A DNA stretch of 64,000 nt from NCBI RefSeq assembly GCF_009914755.1, contig NC_060928.1; one strand, 5' to 3'. Within the stretch, counting starts at the first letter, position 1, and each line of letters begins with the position of its first letter. The position numbers and the translations under genes were made by a program. The notes below the pieces were generated by a model. The model did not search any database. It was not told the DNA's origin and saw nothing but the letters and a program-made list of their open reading frames with translations. Below, one piece after another: positions 42,055-61,184 of the stretch. The DNA is from the human T2T-CHM13v2.0 reference genome, Homo sapiens.

Positions 42055-43052
42055 TCCTCATGCATTGCTAACAGAAATGTAAAATGGTACATCTTCTGGG
42101 GAAAACAGCTTGGAAGTTCCTCAAAAACTTTAACATAGAGTTACCATATGACCCAGAAATTTTACTCCAAAATATATACCCAAGTGAAGCAAAAATATGT
42201 CAACACAAAAAGTCATATACATGAAAGTTCATAGCAGCATTATTCATAATAGCCAAGGCATGAAAACAATTGAAATGTATATCAACTGATGAATGGGTAA
42301 ACAAAATGTGTTGTATACCTACAATGAAATATTATTCAGTCTTAAAAAAGAATGAGGTAGGCTGGGCACGGTGGCTCATGCCTGTAATCCCAGCACTTTG
42401 GGAGGCCCAGGTGGGCGGATCACGAGGTCAGGAGATTGAGACCATCCTGGCTAACATGGTGAAACCCCATCTCTACTAAAAATATAAAAAATTAGCCAGG
42501 CATGGTGGTGGGCACCTGTAGTCCCAGCTACTCAGGAGGCTGAGGCAGGAGAATGGCATGAACCTGGGAGGCGGAGCTTGCAGTGAGCTGAGATCACAGC
42601 CTGGGCAACAGAGCAAGACTCCTGTCTCAGAAAGAAAAAAAAAAAAGAATGAGGTAGTGATACATGTTGCAACATGGATGAAACTTGAAAATATGCTAAG
42701 TGAAAGAAGCCAGACAACAAAAGATCACACACCATATAAGCCCATTTATACGACATGTCCAGAATGGCAAATCCATGAGATGGAAAGTAGGCTAGTGGTC
42801 GCTAGAGGCTGAGGAAAGTGGAGGATTGAGAAATGACAAATAATGGGTACAAGGTTTCCTTTTAGGGTGATTGAAATTAGATAGCGGCCATGGTTGCTCA
42901 ACCCCATGAGTACACTAAAAACCACTGAATTGTAGACTTTAAATTTTTAAAGTGAGGACTCTTTTAAATTGAAGGCTTTTAAAGTCTACAATTGTTAAAG
43001 TCATAATTGTATAGCATAAGAATTATGTCTCACTAAAGCTGTTTTTAAAAAA
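42055..43052 (+). mobile_element. L1MB-type 3' end interrupted by an AluY
   Basis: aacatagagttaccatatgacccag...aacatggatgaaacttgaaaatatgctaagtgaaagaagccagac...aaaccactgaattgt. Confidence 0.88.
42360..42640 (+). mobile_element. AluY with small internal deletion
   Basis: Y-diagnostic gagaatggcatgaacc...gagcttgcag; TSD aaaaaagaatgaggtag at 42344-42360 and 42641-42657; lacks the gccactgcactcc segment. Confidence 0.94.
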
Positions 43053-43744
43053 AAACTTTTAAAAGTTTATAAAAGGCGAATACTAGCTTACTCTTGAAAG
43101 CTTTCATTGGTAGTGAAAGCTCAGGTGTCACTAAAGTCACATATACAAGTGTTACATATCCTCACAAAATGTTCAGGAAGACATATAATTTCTAGCAGAG
43201 AATTTGGCATATAGTAAGCATTAATACATTTTTCAATGAAGTAATGTTGAAAATTTGAGAAGGGAGACACATATGCTGCACACATGAAAGCTAAGCATCC
43301 AGGTAAACTGTGAGAACCTTAAGGCATATAGATGTTTGGAGTCTATGATTGTAAACTCCTGACCCTTGGATATTCCAGTAACATCAAGAAACTTTGGGAG
43401 CCTAGCAAATGTCCCAAAATTTGCTAGTTGCTGGGGAATAAGGTTCCTGTGCTTGAAGAGTTTCACTGTCAATTTGGAGAAATAAGTGTATAAATTCATA
43501 CATGGGATCAATTGTGACAGGTACTGACTTGTATACAGTGCTTTGAAACCTGGAGTACATTCACTCACCTATCCTCGTAAGAACATGTCTAGTGTTTTTT
43601 TTTTTTTTTTTTTTTCTGGGTTTTCTAAGTGTGACTCCAAATTCTTTTAGCTATTTCTAAAGACCGAACCCACCTCTCAACTGGGGCTATTTAAAAGAAC
43701 ATGTTGCAAGTTCAGAAAGTATTTTCTTTTAAAAAAAAAAAAAA

Positions 43745-48973
<5,229 letters not shown>

Positions 48974-49169
48974 ACAGTAGCATTTCTATATGCCCCAGAA
49001 GGTATTTTCAAAGAAGTTTATTTTAAACAAGTATTGGTAGGATTAGGGTTATCTCCTTGCATAACCTCCCAAGGTTTGGAAAACATTCATTTTCACAGGT
49101 AAACAGTGATATGTTTTTAAAAATAAGTTAGATTACTTTAAAGTCAAAATGAGTTATGGTGGAATTTAG

Positions 49170-49345
49170 AAAGATGTACGTTTGAATCTCAGCTCAGCCT
49201 CTTAGATTAATAACTTTGATCATACTAAAGTTATGAAACTGAAGAAAACTTTTGTCTCTTCATTTCAAAAATGGCCACAAGTGGCTGTGGGATTAAAAAT
49301 TGTGTAAATGTATAGCTTGGCATGTAGTAGGGATTCAATAAATGG
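49170..49345 (+). mobile_element. MIR fragment
   Basis: tttgaatctcagctcagcctcttag...tttgtctcttcatttcaaaaatgg...gcttggcatgtagtagggattcaataaatg. Confidence 0.6.
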
Positions 49346-52300
49346 CACTAGTGTTATTATTATCTCTCAGTGAAATAAACAACTATCACATTCACAGCTC
49401 TCTACTTGACATTGTCTACCACAAGCCAAGAGGCAAATTCAATTTAGCTAAGCAATCCTTCCTGAAAACATTCATCATGTGATGAATTAAACATCCTTGA
49501 TTTTAATGTATGCTCTGCAAATCAGTCACATAAAGTCCTGGTGTCTATTTTCTAAGGGGCAAAATCAAAGAGCTAACATTTTTTGTTTACTTGAGTATCA
49601 GGTACTATCAAATACATTTTTTTTCCTCTTATTGGTAAAAGAGTCTTCTACATATCAGAAATAGGATGAAATTTTATGTTACTGCAGCTGTGAATACTTT
49701 TTATAATTCTGTCCTCACTTTTTCATACTAAAATTATGACCGATCTTCCACATATAGGCATAGGTCAATTCTCCAGAAAAATCATGAATTATTGGAGGAA
49801 ATTTTCAAATGCAGGCATAGAGTAAAATATAATGAGAGGTTCACCGATTATTTTAATTTAAATATTTGTTTTGTGAAACTAAAAGTTATTGAGAGAACTT
49901 GAGTATAAAATATTAATAAAGAAAATACATTATTTAGAATTTTGAGTGAACTTATGGATTTCTAGGGCTAAAAATGTTCTATCAAATTGTTAATTTTTTA
50001 CACTCTTTCCTAGGCTATACTATTCAAGAAAAAATTGATGGGGGAAACATGATGATTTCTCTGAATATCACTTCAAAACCTTAGGGAAAATTATTATTAT
50101 TAATTATTTAGCTAAGATGGACTCACTGAAGCTTATTTATGTTCATGTTTCTAAAAACCAATATATTTTTGAAGAAAGTACATTTTGAATTAGATTTGGC
50201 CTGCTGAGGATTGTTAAATCAAGATATATACAAACAAAGAAACAAGCAAAAAAAACTAAGTTTAGAGTATGAGAAACACAAAATAGTATAAATAAAACTA
50301 TTGCTGGGTAATTCATGTCATTTTTCTTCCAAAGGAGCAATAGATCTCCAAAACATACAAAATTATCTGGAACTTGCTCTAACAAATAATGCTAGAGAAA
50401 AAAGTCTTATTATTGTAAGTCATTTGCTTTACTCAATGAATGTATAGGTCTACAGCCAGCAAACTTGTTAATGTAACATCTGAAATATTAACATTATATG
50501 CTGGTTAAAGGTTTTCCAAATTTAAAAGTTAGTGACAGATTTAGAAGCCATTCTTTTTATGGAAGGGGAAAACACCAAATATTTTCTTACAGAAAGGGTA
50601 CAGCTTATTTGTATAAGTTAAAGGACAAGGTTAAAATGTTAGATAAATATTAATTCCAGTTTTCTATATGCAGTGCACAGGTGCAACTTGAACAGCATAT
50701 TATATGGTATAATCATTAAATTCATTCAACCAGACCTTAGAGAGTTAAAAACATATATTCGGAGGAACAGGACTCCTCGGTCCAAAGAATGAGAATGAAA
50801 CAGTGCAGAATATTTGTGTATCAAGGTGATTCCAGTTTCCAACTGGGAAAACAGGACCGTTAACACCCACGTCCCTTGACAACTGTCCAATTATGTATAT
50901 CACACTTGGCCTACTGTTTGCAGTAGAAGTAATCAATAAAGGATGTGGTTGAGTGAACATAGATTTTGGTTGAACCAATGCATGAAAACTTAATCATTTA
51001 CTCAGAGAGAAGAAATCAAATAGAGCAGAGATGAAACAGCCACTAAGGGGTTTGTTGATTGTGCCACCAAGTTTGTGGGCCACAGATGAAAGTAATAAGG
51101 CAAATGGGATCAGTGACAGGAGAAAATGCAAAAAGCTGTTCTTAATTTCATGAATTAATAGATATGTTTTGATGTATTTTTTGGTCATTTTTAGGAAACT
51201 TCACATCAAAGCCTGGATGTTCCATTTTAAAGAATATATGAAAATTACTAGGGCGTGTCATTTCTCTCAAGCAAGAAAAAATTAATTTTCAGCTATAACA
51301 GAAAGGTAATTTTCACACTTGAAACTTTGTACTGATTGATTTAAAGATCTCCATTGTGGAAAGTTTTCTAGGAAATAATTTAACTTGAGTTTGCAAGAAA
51401 ATTTACAATTGGTATGGAATAAACCCAGAGATGGGTTAGTTGTGACCAATATGTATTAAACATATTTTTGTGAATGTTTTTCTCTGTATTCTTTTAAATA
51501 ATCTGAGTATTTTGGAAAGTTGTGGCATTTCTGTAAATGAACTACACTTCAGTAAATGAGGCAAAAAGAGAAACGCCATAAGGAAAATATAGGGATTTTC
51601 CCTCTCTGTATTTACTCAAACTGTCTGTCTGTATGATAATAATATTTACTTGTAATTTCTCAACTGGCTTTCTCTTTGTTTTATGGACCATAATTCTAGC
51701 TTTTATTGTAGTTTCACAAAGCAATTGTTAGTATTTTAGAGCATCAAATCTTTTCTTCACTATTATTCCAAGTAGGGGAAGAATGATATTATAAATGCTT
51801 ATTTTCTGCTATGCTGCTTAAAGTCTTAACCAATTAATATTATTCAGATCAATGGCAAAAATAACAAAACTTGTTCACTTATTAACACCTTCCCCAATAA
51901 CTCTAACACCAAGTCTGTATCTATTAATAATATCACCAGGCAGGCAACTCTGTATTACCAAATCCTCAGTCTTGAGGGATTGTGGTGTGTTTTTCAATTG
52001 AGGGCTTAGTATAAATTCTTATAACCATTTTAGAAGCTTCCAGCCTTAGATCTTATTCACCATTCATGCACGCTCAGCTGATGGCCTTAGACACACACTT
52101 ATCCTAGACATGGCTATCCTCTTCCATTTCCTTTAAAGATATAAAATATATTTATAGAGATAGGTCTACCATTAGTGAAACTTGTGCAATTGCACAGGTT
52201 AGGAAAAAGAGATTTAGAGGTGATGCTAAGCTTCATATGCAACTTGATTTATTTCTCAGCTGCCACCACCATAATTTCCTCTATTTGGGCTGTAGTCTGT

Positions 52301-52868
52301 TTCTTGCACGTTGCTACTAACCTGAGAAGGACAATTTTGGGCTATGAAAGGGCTGGTACATGTGTGTGTTTGTGTTTATATGTGTGGGTATGTGCATGTA
52401 TGTATGTGTGCACATGCATGTTTACTGAAGGATATAAAGCCTTTCAAGCAAAATGTTCTAAAAATGATCACAGAATTTACATCAAAGCATTTATACTATG
52501 AGTGGACTTGATTTAATAATGCTTTGCGCTATTCAGGATGCTGTTGTCTATCTTATAGAATTTTAGGTTTGGAAAATCTGCCTGTTAGTAGATCACTTTT
52601 TGAATTATTTTGCACAGATATTGAAATAATATGTGGAGGCTTGCACTCCCCTGAGTACTCCTCTATAACCAACAACAATGCTGCAAAATCACAGATTTGG
52701 ATTGGAAAGCTGGTTGTAGCCTTGGGACACTTTTTCACTATGACCTCAGAATAAGCATCCCCTGCACTGTCTTGTGCATTGTGGCATTGTATAACATTAT
52801 AAAATTAAGAATCCATGTCTACCATGAAATCACTGGTAGCTTTATTGTACTTTAGTAGATGGGAATTC

Positions 52869-53059
<191 letters not shown>

Positions 53060-53529
53060 TAAATCTTCTTGCTCCTTTAAATGTTTGCCCTAAGGCACAT
53101 TGGCAGGCTGCTGAGAGTGTTGGAACAGAATGGTCCCCAGTCCTACCCAAAACAAATTCAACTTCATGATATATCAAATATAGCTGTATCCCGTCCCACT
53201 CCCAAGCTCCAAATAATACTTAAATAGGCAAATTAAAACATCAGATTACCTGGTAGTGCCAAAATTCACCAGATAATTGTTCAACTCTTCACTTAGCCTT
53301 GACTGAATCGACCAGGAATTCAAATCCTGGGAAGGAGGCTAAAATATTCCAGATAAGAAGCAAGGCTAAGAGGTGAGAATTATTTGAAGACAGACTCATG
53401 TCTCTGGAAGTTTCAAAAATAATTATAAAGACCATCAGTAACCAAAGGGGCATTTCAATATTTGTCCAGTGAAATTGTAAGCGCTTAGTAGATGTTTATA
53501 AATAAATTTTCCCCTTGAAGTTTTATCTC

Positions 53530-53670
53530 TTTATTAATTAATTTATTTATTTTTGCGATGAGGTCTTGCTATGTTGCCCAGGTTGGAATCAAACTCCTGG
53601 GCTCCAGGGATCTTTCCATCTCAGCCTCCCAAGTAACTGAGATTACAGACACCCACCACCACACCCAGCT
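53530..53670 (-). mobile_element. FLAM_A-like Alu monomer
   Basis: ggtcttgctatgttgcccagg...ctcagcctcccaagtaactgagattacag...ccacacccagc; flanking ttatctct repeat. Confidence 0.85.
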
Positions 53671-54093
53671 TATCTCTCCAGTTATGCTGGAACACAATGG
53701 AAATATCATTTTGTAAAAATTATTTTATAAACATGTTAGGGGACACATTTACATGCTACTACAAAGCAAAGCAAAGAATCCAATCTTTTTTTGCTGATTT
53801 TTGGGCAGTGATAACAGCAGAGTCAAGTAATTTCATAATCAAAATGTACAATCAACAGAGTTGATTAGTTCCAAACAGACATAAATTGAATTCTTATCAG
53901 TCTCTTCTTTGTATTCAACCACCTGTGTCTTCTGGGTTGTTGTTTGGAAGTAAAAGTTTTGAAAAATAGCTGAGTTGGTCTTCCATGGACTAGTTACCAA
54001 TGTTTATTTAGAAGGATCACAACACTCACAGGCTGCTTGCCTTATCCATGACTGGCTCTGTCTTTCTTGGGTAAACACCCATACTCTCCTTCT

Positions 54094-54400
<307 letters not shown>

Positions 54401-55414
54401 TCTCCTTCTAAATATGTCTGTGTTCCTAAACCATTTATCCAGTGATGACTGCGTTTTATTTATTTTGTAGGATATCTTTAATTTCATTGGTACTGATATT
54501 TTAAACTATGATTATTATATTAGTAATGGTACTTATATAATGATTCCAATTTTACCTCACTAGGTACTTTTTAATGTTTCAAATGCCTTTCAAATAACAA
54601 TTTTACTTTTAAAACACCTCCTTGTATGTGTTTACAACTGAAGTACAAATGGGAAGAAATTAGAACTTAATACAATCTATATTACTACAGTTACTGCAAC
54701 CAACATTACTATTATTAAAAAGCTCTATCTTGGATATAAGATAACATAGTAAAAACCAAGGCCTTAACTGATAACTTTTCTTATTGTTATTATTTCTTAA
54801 GTCATAATGCTACTCTATAACAATCAAATGGAGTAAACAATGATTGCAAGACAATGACTGAAGGGTGAATGATATATCTTCCATGGAAAAACAGGTATCA
54901 GAAGTTGTTCATATATCTAAAATTTTCTGTTTTAAATGAAATATTGGGAATATTGGTTTTAACCCCAATTGTTTATCCAGATGTGCTCAAAGGAGAGATG
55001 TCTTAATGGAAAAGCATGACTGAAGCATAAATGGAAACTTTCCTCAAAGAAGAGATCTGGAAAGGTTATGGTGAGCCACAGCCACTGAAGCGTACTACAT
55101 ATTTCTGTGCTGTCTGCTTTCTTAACTTGTGAGATGTGACCCGATTTTTTTCTCTTTTATTCAAGGTCATCACTAAACTTACAGAAAACCAAAAAGAAAA
55201 TAATACGAAGGAGGCACAGACAAAGAAGAGTTTAGATGCATATTTTAAACTACCAAACTGGTTTAAAATAACTTATGATGAAAGGGTCACTTAAGAAGGG
55301 CACTGCTTAAAATTTAAGCAGGCAGTAATGGAAAGCGACAGACCTCAAACAATTTAAGCCTTTCACAGTTGAGTGAATTCACAGTGACAGCAAGATGAGA
55401 ATGTGCTAACTTAC

Positions 55415-55506
55415 CTCTGCAGGACCTTGGCTATGGCTTCATAGCCTCTCCCCAGACTGAGATCATCATCCAGGTCTGTGGAGATTTTACAGTAAGTGTC
55501 AAGGAC
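55415..55506 (-). CDS. TTC29: TTC29 internal coding exon (92 nt, phase 0 to 2)
   Basis: Minus strand reads cctgatag|GTCCTTGACACT...GTCCTGCAGAG|gtaagt and translates VLDTYCKISTDLDDDLSLGRGYEAIAKVLQ(S). This matches TTC29 as I recall it and is in frame with the 124-nt exon. Confidence 0.95.
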
Positions 55507-56667
55507 CTATCAGGAAGAGAAATACATATTGAACATATAGCACAGCCAGATACGCTGATGTTTCATTTCATAACAGAAAAAAATAAAATTAATAGTTGGT
55601 TTTAATGTCTCTATAAAAAATTTTGTTGATTAAAAATTCATGTTGGTTTGGTTTATTTTTATCTATAGTATAACTTGTTTTGTGGCAATCTCTTTAAGCC
55701 ATGACAGTGACGCCTTACTTTTGGAAAAAATAATTCTTTTCTTGCATAATTGCCCAAATCTTCCAATTTATATAACTTAGGTGTGAATAAATAATTTAAT
55801 GGTTTTTACATTATTTTAAAATACGGGATTATTATCTAACGTAATATAAGGCAGATTATAATATTCTACTATGATAGCTTAAATATCACTTTTCTTTCTA
55901 AAAATAGCTATTTGAAAAGCATGAATTTAGGTGCCAGGCAATTTCTAAATCTATCATTTTATTAGATGCATAGCTCACCGTTTGTGCATGTATACAGTTT
56001 ACACTAAAAATATTTCTTACAAATGTATTTCATTACCAACAATCTCTTCAATAATCAAAAGATTACAGCTGCCACAGCCAAACATGTGATCTTAATTTAA
56101 TTTAACACTGACATCATCTGTATGGTATAATTTTCCCTTTTCCCTCTTTCAATGGCCCGAAGGAGAAAAATACATAAAACAGAATCCCCATTCTTCCTTT
56201 TTCCTTCATTATTACTTGACCCAACCTATTACACACATGAGGACACAGGAAATCTCCAAAGACCTCTATGGAAATCCTTTTTGCACATTTTCTAAGAAAG
56301 AATTAGCAAAAGTCATTTGACGGCATTTGGAAGACAGAGTCAGTGTGAGGGACGACATAAAAACACCTTGTCTGCTACTGCCTGAATCAGGCAGCCTAGA
56401 AGGTTTAAGTCTGAGCGGCAGGGTTGATATTTTATTTGCTTCCTTAGTGTCAATATTTGGGAAATAATTTCAATGAGGCTATTGCGACACTTCAAAAAAT
56501 TTGAGTTTCATATGGTTTGCAAGTGACTGCTTGACATAATACTGTTGTTAAAACTTATGGCTATATACTGACCCAGGGTTTTAATTCCTGCTAAAAACCA
56601 CAAAGTTAAAAATTTTGGGGTATTTTGTACTTTAAAAATGTATTTATTCTTAACTAATAAATAAAAA

Positions 56668-56763
56668 CATATCTATCACCTCACCAAATTACCATTTGTT
56701 AATGTGGTGAGAATGTTAAAAATGTATTCTTTTAGCAATTTTGAAATATACATTATTATTACC
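56668..56763 (-). mobile_element. L1MA-type fragment
   Basis: catatctatcacctcac...gtggtgagaatgttaaaaatgtattcttttagcaattttgaaatatac. Confidence 0.7.
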
Positions 56764-56788
56764 TTTGATTTTCATTTTTAAGTCTCTT

Positions 56789-56848
56789 TTTTTTATTCTT
56801 ATACTTTACCTAATGTTAAATGATGAGTTAATGGGTGCAGCACACCAA
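56789..56848 (-). mobile_element. 60-bp L1PA micro-insertion with 5' inversion
   Basis: Perfect 16-bp TSD catttttaagtctctt (56773-56788, 56849-56864) around an antisense L1 terminus plus a sense L1 3'UTR piece. Confidence 0.9.
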
Positions 56849-57609
56849 CATTTTTAAGTCTCTTAATAACCCTTGTGTAAACCTGAGAATATTCTTTTCA
56901 CCATCTTACATAACAAGTAGCACTTAGATCTAATCTGATATGAATTGACGTAGACCTTTCTGAGTTAAAGGGCAGTACCTCTGAATTTTGTGAATTTATA
57001 AGAGATCTTTTGGAATCCTAATATCAAAATATTTAGGAAAAGATTTTCTGGTGTCTTTTTAAGGTCCATATAATTTACATGACATTCTAGAAGTTTAAAG
57101 TAAAGATTGAATATAATTATATTTTCTGCCAAAATAGTTCATTTGTTTTTTTTCAGCAAATACCACTATTGTGTCTCAGGCACTATGTTAGACCGTAGGA
57201 TCTTAAGTAGATGAGAATATGCCTGTAACCCTCAAGGCATTTACAGTTCAGTGCTCCAGACTTTGGACTGATACAACTGTGTGAATTAACAATGACTGAA
57301 GACAGGTTTCCCCAGGACTTAAGCTGTGCTTATATTGCACCACTCTCTCATGACCCTGATCTCCATGGGCTCTGAAGCACATGGCAACAATCAGAGGTGC
57401 CCAGTTTTATCTGTGAGGTGTGACTCTTGAACCCATGGATAGAAGGGTAGGTTCCCAAGAAATTATGGGTAGATACTTCAGTGTTGATGGCTCCTATCCC
57501 ACACCACTGTGCCATAATTCCTGGGAGCAGAGGGGCAAAAGACAGCTTTGGCCTTGCACTTGATTCCATAGTAGCTTCCCATTGGAGACAGATGCAGCCT
57601 GCTGAAATG

Positions 57610-57775
57610 AACACTAACCTTAGAATAAGAATACTTGGATTCATGTCCTAGCCTTCCATACCCAACACATTTGGGCCAGGAAATCTCTTTAAGTTGAATT
57701 TCCTCATAGTAAAAAAGAAAATCTACTTCTGAGAATGGTTGTAATGCTGTGAGATAATATAAAGTGCTATGTAGA
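57610..57775 (+). mobile_element. MIR fragment
   Basis: atacttggattcatgtcctagcc...tgaatttcctcatagtaaaa...ggttgtaatgctgtgagataatataaagtgct. Confidence 0.6.
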
Positions 57776-58254
57776 TATTAGGACAAGAATTATTTGGGAA
57801 CCTGTTATTTAGCTGCCAGTGAACAGCTCCTGGTAGGAGTGTCCCTCCTCAAAGTAAGGACAACTGATCTTTTTTGTGGTTTGAGAGAGTGTGGGTATTT
57901 CCTTAAACAATTTACAGAAAAACAGGAAATATATAGGCAGTAGGACGAGTATAGTTCATTATTGACCAAGTAGGGAAAATGTCAATCACATGAAATTCAC
58001 ATGAGGGTCTTGCAAAGGAGCTGCTCTAAATCAAAGACACACCCTCTGATCCTCAGGAACATGAGCTGCAGTGGGAGAGAGGAGTGCATATAGGTGAAAT
58101 CATGAAGAGATTACTAGACAAAACCCAGTGCATTGGTGAATTGTGTAGTTCAAACTAAAGAGAGTAGGAGGGTCTTCATTAAAATAAAAAAGCATTAAAA
58201 TGAGTGGAAAAATAACATGATACTACAAATTCTGTAGAAGATACAGATGTTTTA

Positions 58255-59115
58255 ATTTACAAGAAAAACTCAACCTTATTAAAAAGTGGGCAAAGGAGGT
58301 GAACAGACACTTGAAAAGATGACATGCATGTTGCCAACATGCATATGGAAAAAAGCTCAATATCAGTGATCATTAGAGAAATGCAAATCAGAACCACAAT
58401 GAGATACCATCTCTTATGAGTTGGGATGGCTATTATCAAAGTCAAAAAACAACATATGCTGGCAAAGGTTGTGGAGAAAAGAGAATGCTTATACACTGTT
58501 GGTGGGAGTGTAAATTAGTTCAACCATAGTGGAAAACAGTGTGGTGATTCCTCAAAGGGCTAGAAACAGAACTACCATTCAACCCAGCAATCCCATTACT
58601 AGGTATATACCCAGAGGAATAAAAATTATTCTACCATAAAGACACATGCATGCAAATGTTCACTGCAGCACTATTCACAATAGCCAAGACATGGAATCAA
58701 CCTAAATGCACATCAATGCTCACTGGATAAAGAAAATGTGGTACATATACACCATAGAATACTATGCAGCCATAAGAAAGAATGAGATCATGTCCCTTGC
58801 AGCAACATGGATGCAGCTTGAGGCCATTATCTTTAGTAAACTAGCACAGAAACAGGAAACCAAATACTGCATGTTCTCACTTATAAGTGGGTGCTAAATG
58901 ATGGGAACTCATGGATACAAAGAAGGGAACAACAGACACTGGGGACCTGCTTGAGAATGGAGGGTGGGAGGAGGAACAAGACCAGAAAAGATAACTGTTG
59001 GGTACTAGGTTTAGTACCCAGGTGATGAAATAATCTGTAAAATAAAGCCCTGTGACACAAGTCTACCTATATAACAATCCTGCACATGTACCGCTGAACT
59101 TAAAAGTTTTTTAAA
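58255..59115 (+). mobile_element. 5'-truncated older L1PA (L1PA13-16-like) 3' end
   Basis: ORF2 C-terminal fragment (58706..58897), 3'UTR gggtactaggtttagtacccaggtgatgaaataatctgta; perfect 17-bp TSD aagatacagatgtttta at 58238-58254 and 59116-59132. Confidence 0.93.
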
Positions 59116-60248
59116 AAGATACAGATGTTTTATACTGTTTTATAGTAGGCAACTTTATCTGCTTAAAGCAGGTAAGGTATAACCTACAAATTAATAAATA
59201 TTGATCAACTTGAATCACTAGACAAAGAGTGGAACCACTTTTACAAAGAATACTTCAAGTATTATAAGAAAATACAGTGTGGCAATCTGAGGGGTGCACT
59301 GCACTTGATTGACTATCCCTGTGGCAGATAATATGTTGGAAACAGAGCCAGGATCAGGATGGTTAAAATCTAGCATCGCAAATCAGAGATAGGCAAACAA
59401 AGGATCTCCAGGTACAAATATTTTGATGAATTGAAAATATATATAATATATAAAATATAAGTGAATTTGTCTATTTTTAAAGTTCATGGGAACCAACTTA
59501 ACCTTTGGCAAAAGACAGAGGAGAACATTAATTTAGCATGTTACTATGTAAGTTTCAATGGACACCAAACTACATGATAACCAAAGTTACCAAAGTTGGC
59601 AAAGTCAGTTCATACACCTAATAAGAATTGAGTGCTACATGGCCACTCTATCCAATTGCTCCAATAGTTTCAGTGAGTAATGAAGATGAAGCTTTAAAAA
59701 CAATTTCCATGACTTCAGAGAAAACAGACTATCTTCTTACCAAAATGAAATAGATGTACTTGGTAAAAACATTTTCAAATAAAATCCAAAGTTCTTAAAA
59801 TAAAATAATTACTATGGGTCACCTAAAAACAAAACTACTAGAATACTCATCAGAAAAAAATGAGAGTGTACAAAAGAACAATGCTGGGGATATGCTACAG
59901 ATTCTTTGAAGAAGTGTTGTTGTAAAATGAAATTTAAGGATTATTAATTTATTTTTACTGCAATAGCCTGAGGGAATATCAGATTTAAGTCAAAGATTGT
60001 CAACTGTCAAAAAAAAAATAGAATATCTATCTGTCTTAGAGAAAGTAGAAAAATATCCTTGCTTTTTCAGAAGATAGGAATTTAAAATTTATAAGCATAA
60101 ATTTTGTGCCTGAGCTTTGACATTTTTAAGGAGACACATAGGAAGACATTATTAGGTCTAATAATTTCAAGCACCCAGTTGTCTTTTTTCCTTTCTATGC
60201 TTAGGACTACCAGTTAGGAGGGTACCTTGGACAGACAAAAATGAACTG

Positions 60249-60373
60249 CAGTTGACTCTTGAACAACACAGGTCTGAACTGCATGAGTCTACTTAATGCG
60301 AATTTTTTTCAACCAAATGTAGATCGAAAATACAGTATTTGAAGGATTGGGAACCTGCCTGAAGGAACAACTG
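60249..60373 (+). mobile_element. MER8/Tigger2-family MITE, internally deleted
   Basis: cagttgactcttgaacaacacaggtctgaactgc...atcgaaaatacagtatt; terminal caactg followed by TA. Confidence 0.8.
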
Positions 60374-60810
60374 TATTTGGTATTCATCCTCCTTTCTAAC
60401 TTCCTCTGTTTTCCTATTTCTCACCCCACTGCAATTCCTCTCTTATATACCTTTATTTTAGAAACTATTAAAACATAAAATTCTACCAGTCTTGGCCCTT
60501 ATGTTCACTTTAACAAGTGAAATTTTAAATCACTATGAGAACTATCACTTCAGGCCTACCTTTTCCAAATTAGATGGAACTGTCCCCTGACCCCTCTGTC
60601 CAGCCAGCCTTTATAAGAAAACACTGTTCCAGTTCATTTGTTTTAAAAAAGTTTAAAGACCACTGTAGAGTCACACAGAGTTGTACGAAATAACACAGAG
60701 TGATCCCATATACCCTACACTCCATTTTATCCCAGTGATGACTTTTTTCATAATGATCGCATAATATCACAATCAGGGAAATGACATTGATATATACCCA
60801 CTGGCCTTAT

Positions 60811-61104
60811 AAGTACTGTGTGCTAACCAAATAAGCGCTAATATTTGATAGTGCAGTAGAGATATTATAGATAATAATTATATATTTCAAAATAGCTAGG
60901 AAATCATAGTTAATAATCATTTATTGTATACCTAAAACTAGCTAAAAGATTTGTAATGTTCCCAACACAAAGATAAATGTTTGAGGTGATGTATATCTCA
61001 ATTACCTTGATTTGAGCATTATACATTTTATACAGGAATCCAAATGTCACGGGTAACCCCCAAATATGTATAGCTATTATATAGCAATAAAAATTTTTAA
61101 ATTT
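60811..61104 (+). mobile_element. L1MA-type 3' end nested in the L1MC fragment
   Basis: cccaacacaaagataaatgtttgaggtgatg...aattaccttgatttgagcatt; flanked by cactggccttat at 60799-60810 and 61105-61116. Confidence 0.85.
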
Positions 61105-61141
61105 CACTGGCCTTATTCAGATTTCACCAGTTTTACATGAA

Positions 61142-61144
<3 letters not shown>

Positions 61145-61182
<38 letters not shown>
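61145..61182. repeat. (GT)19 microsatellite
   Basis: Perfect dinucleotide run. Confidence 0.95.
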
Positions 61183-61184
<2 letters not shown>

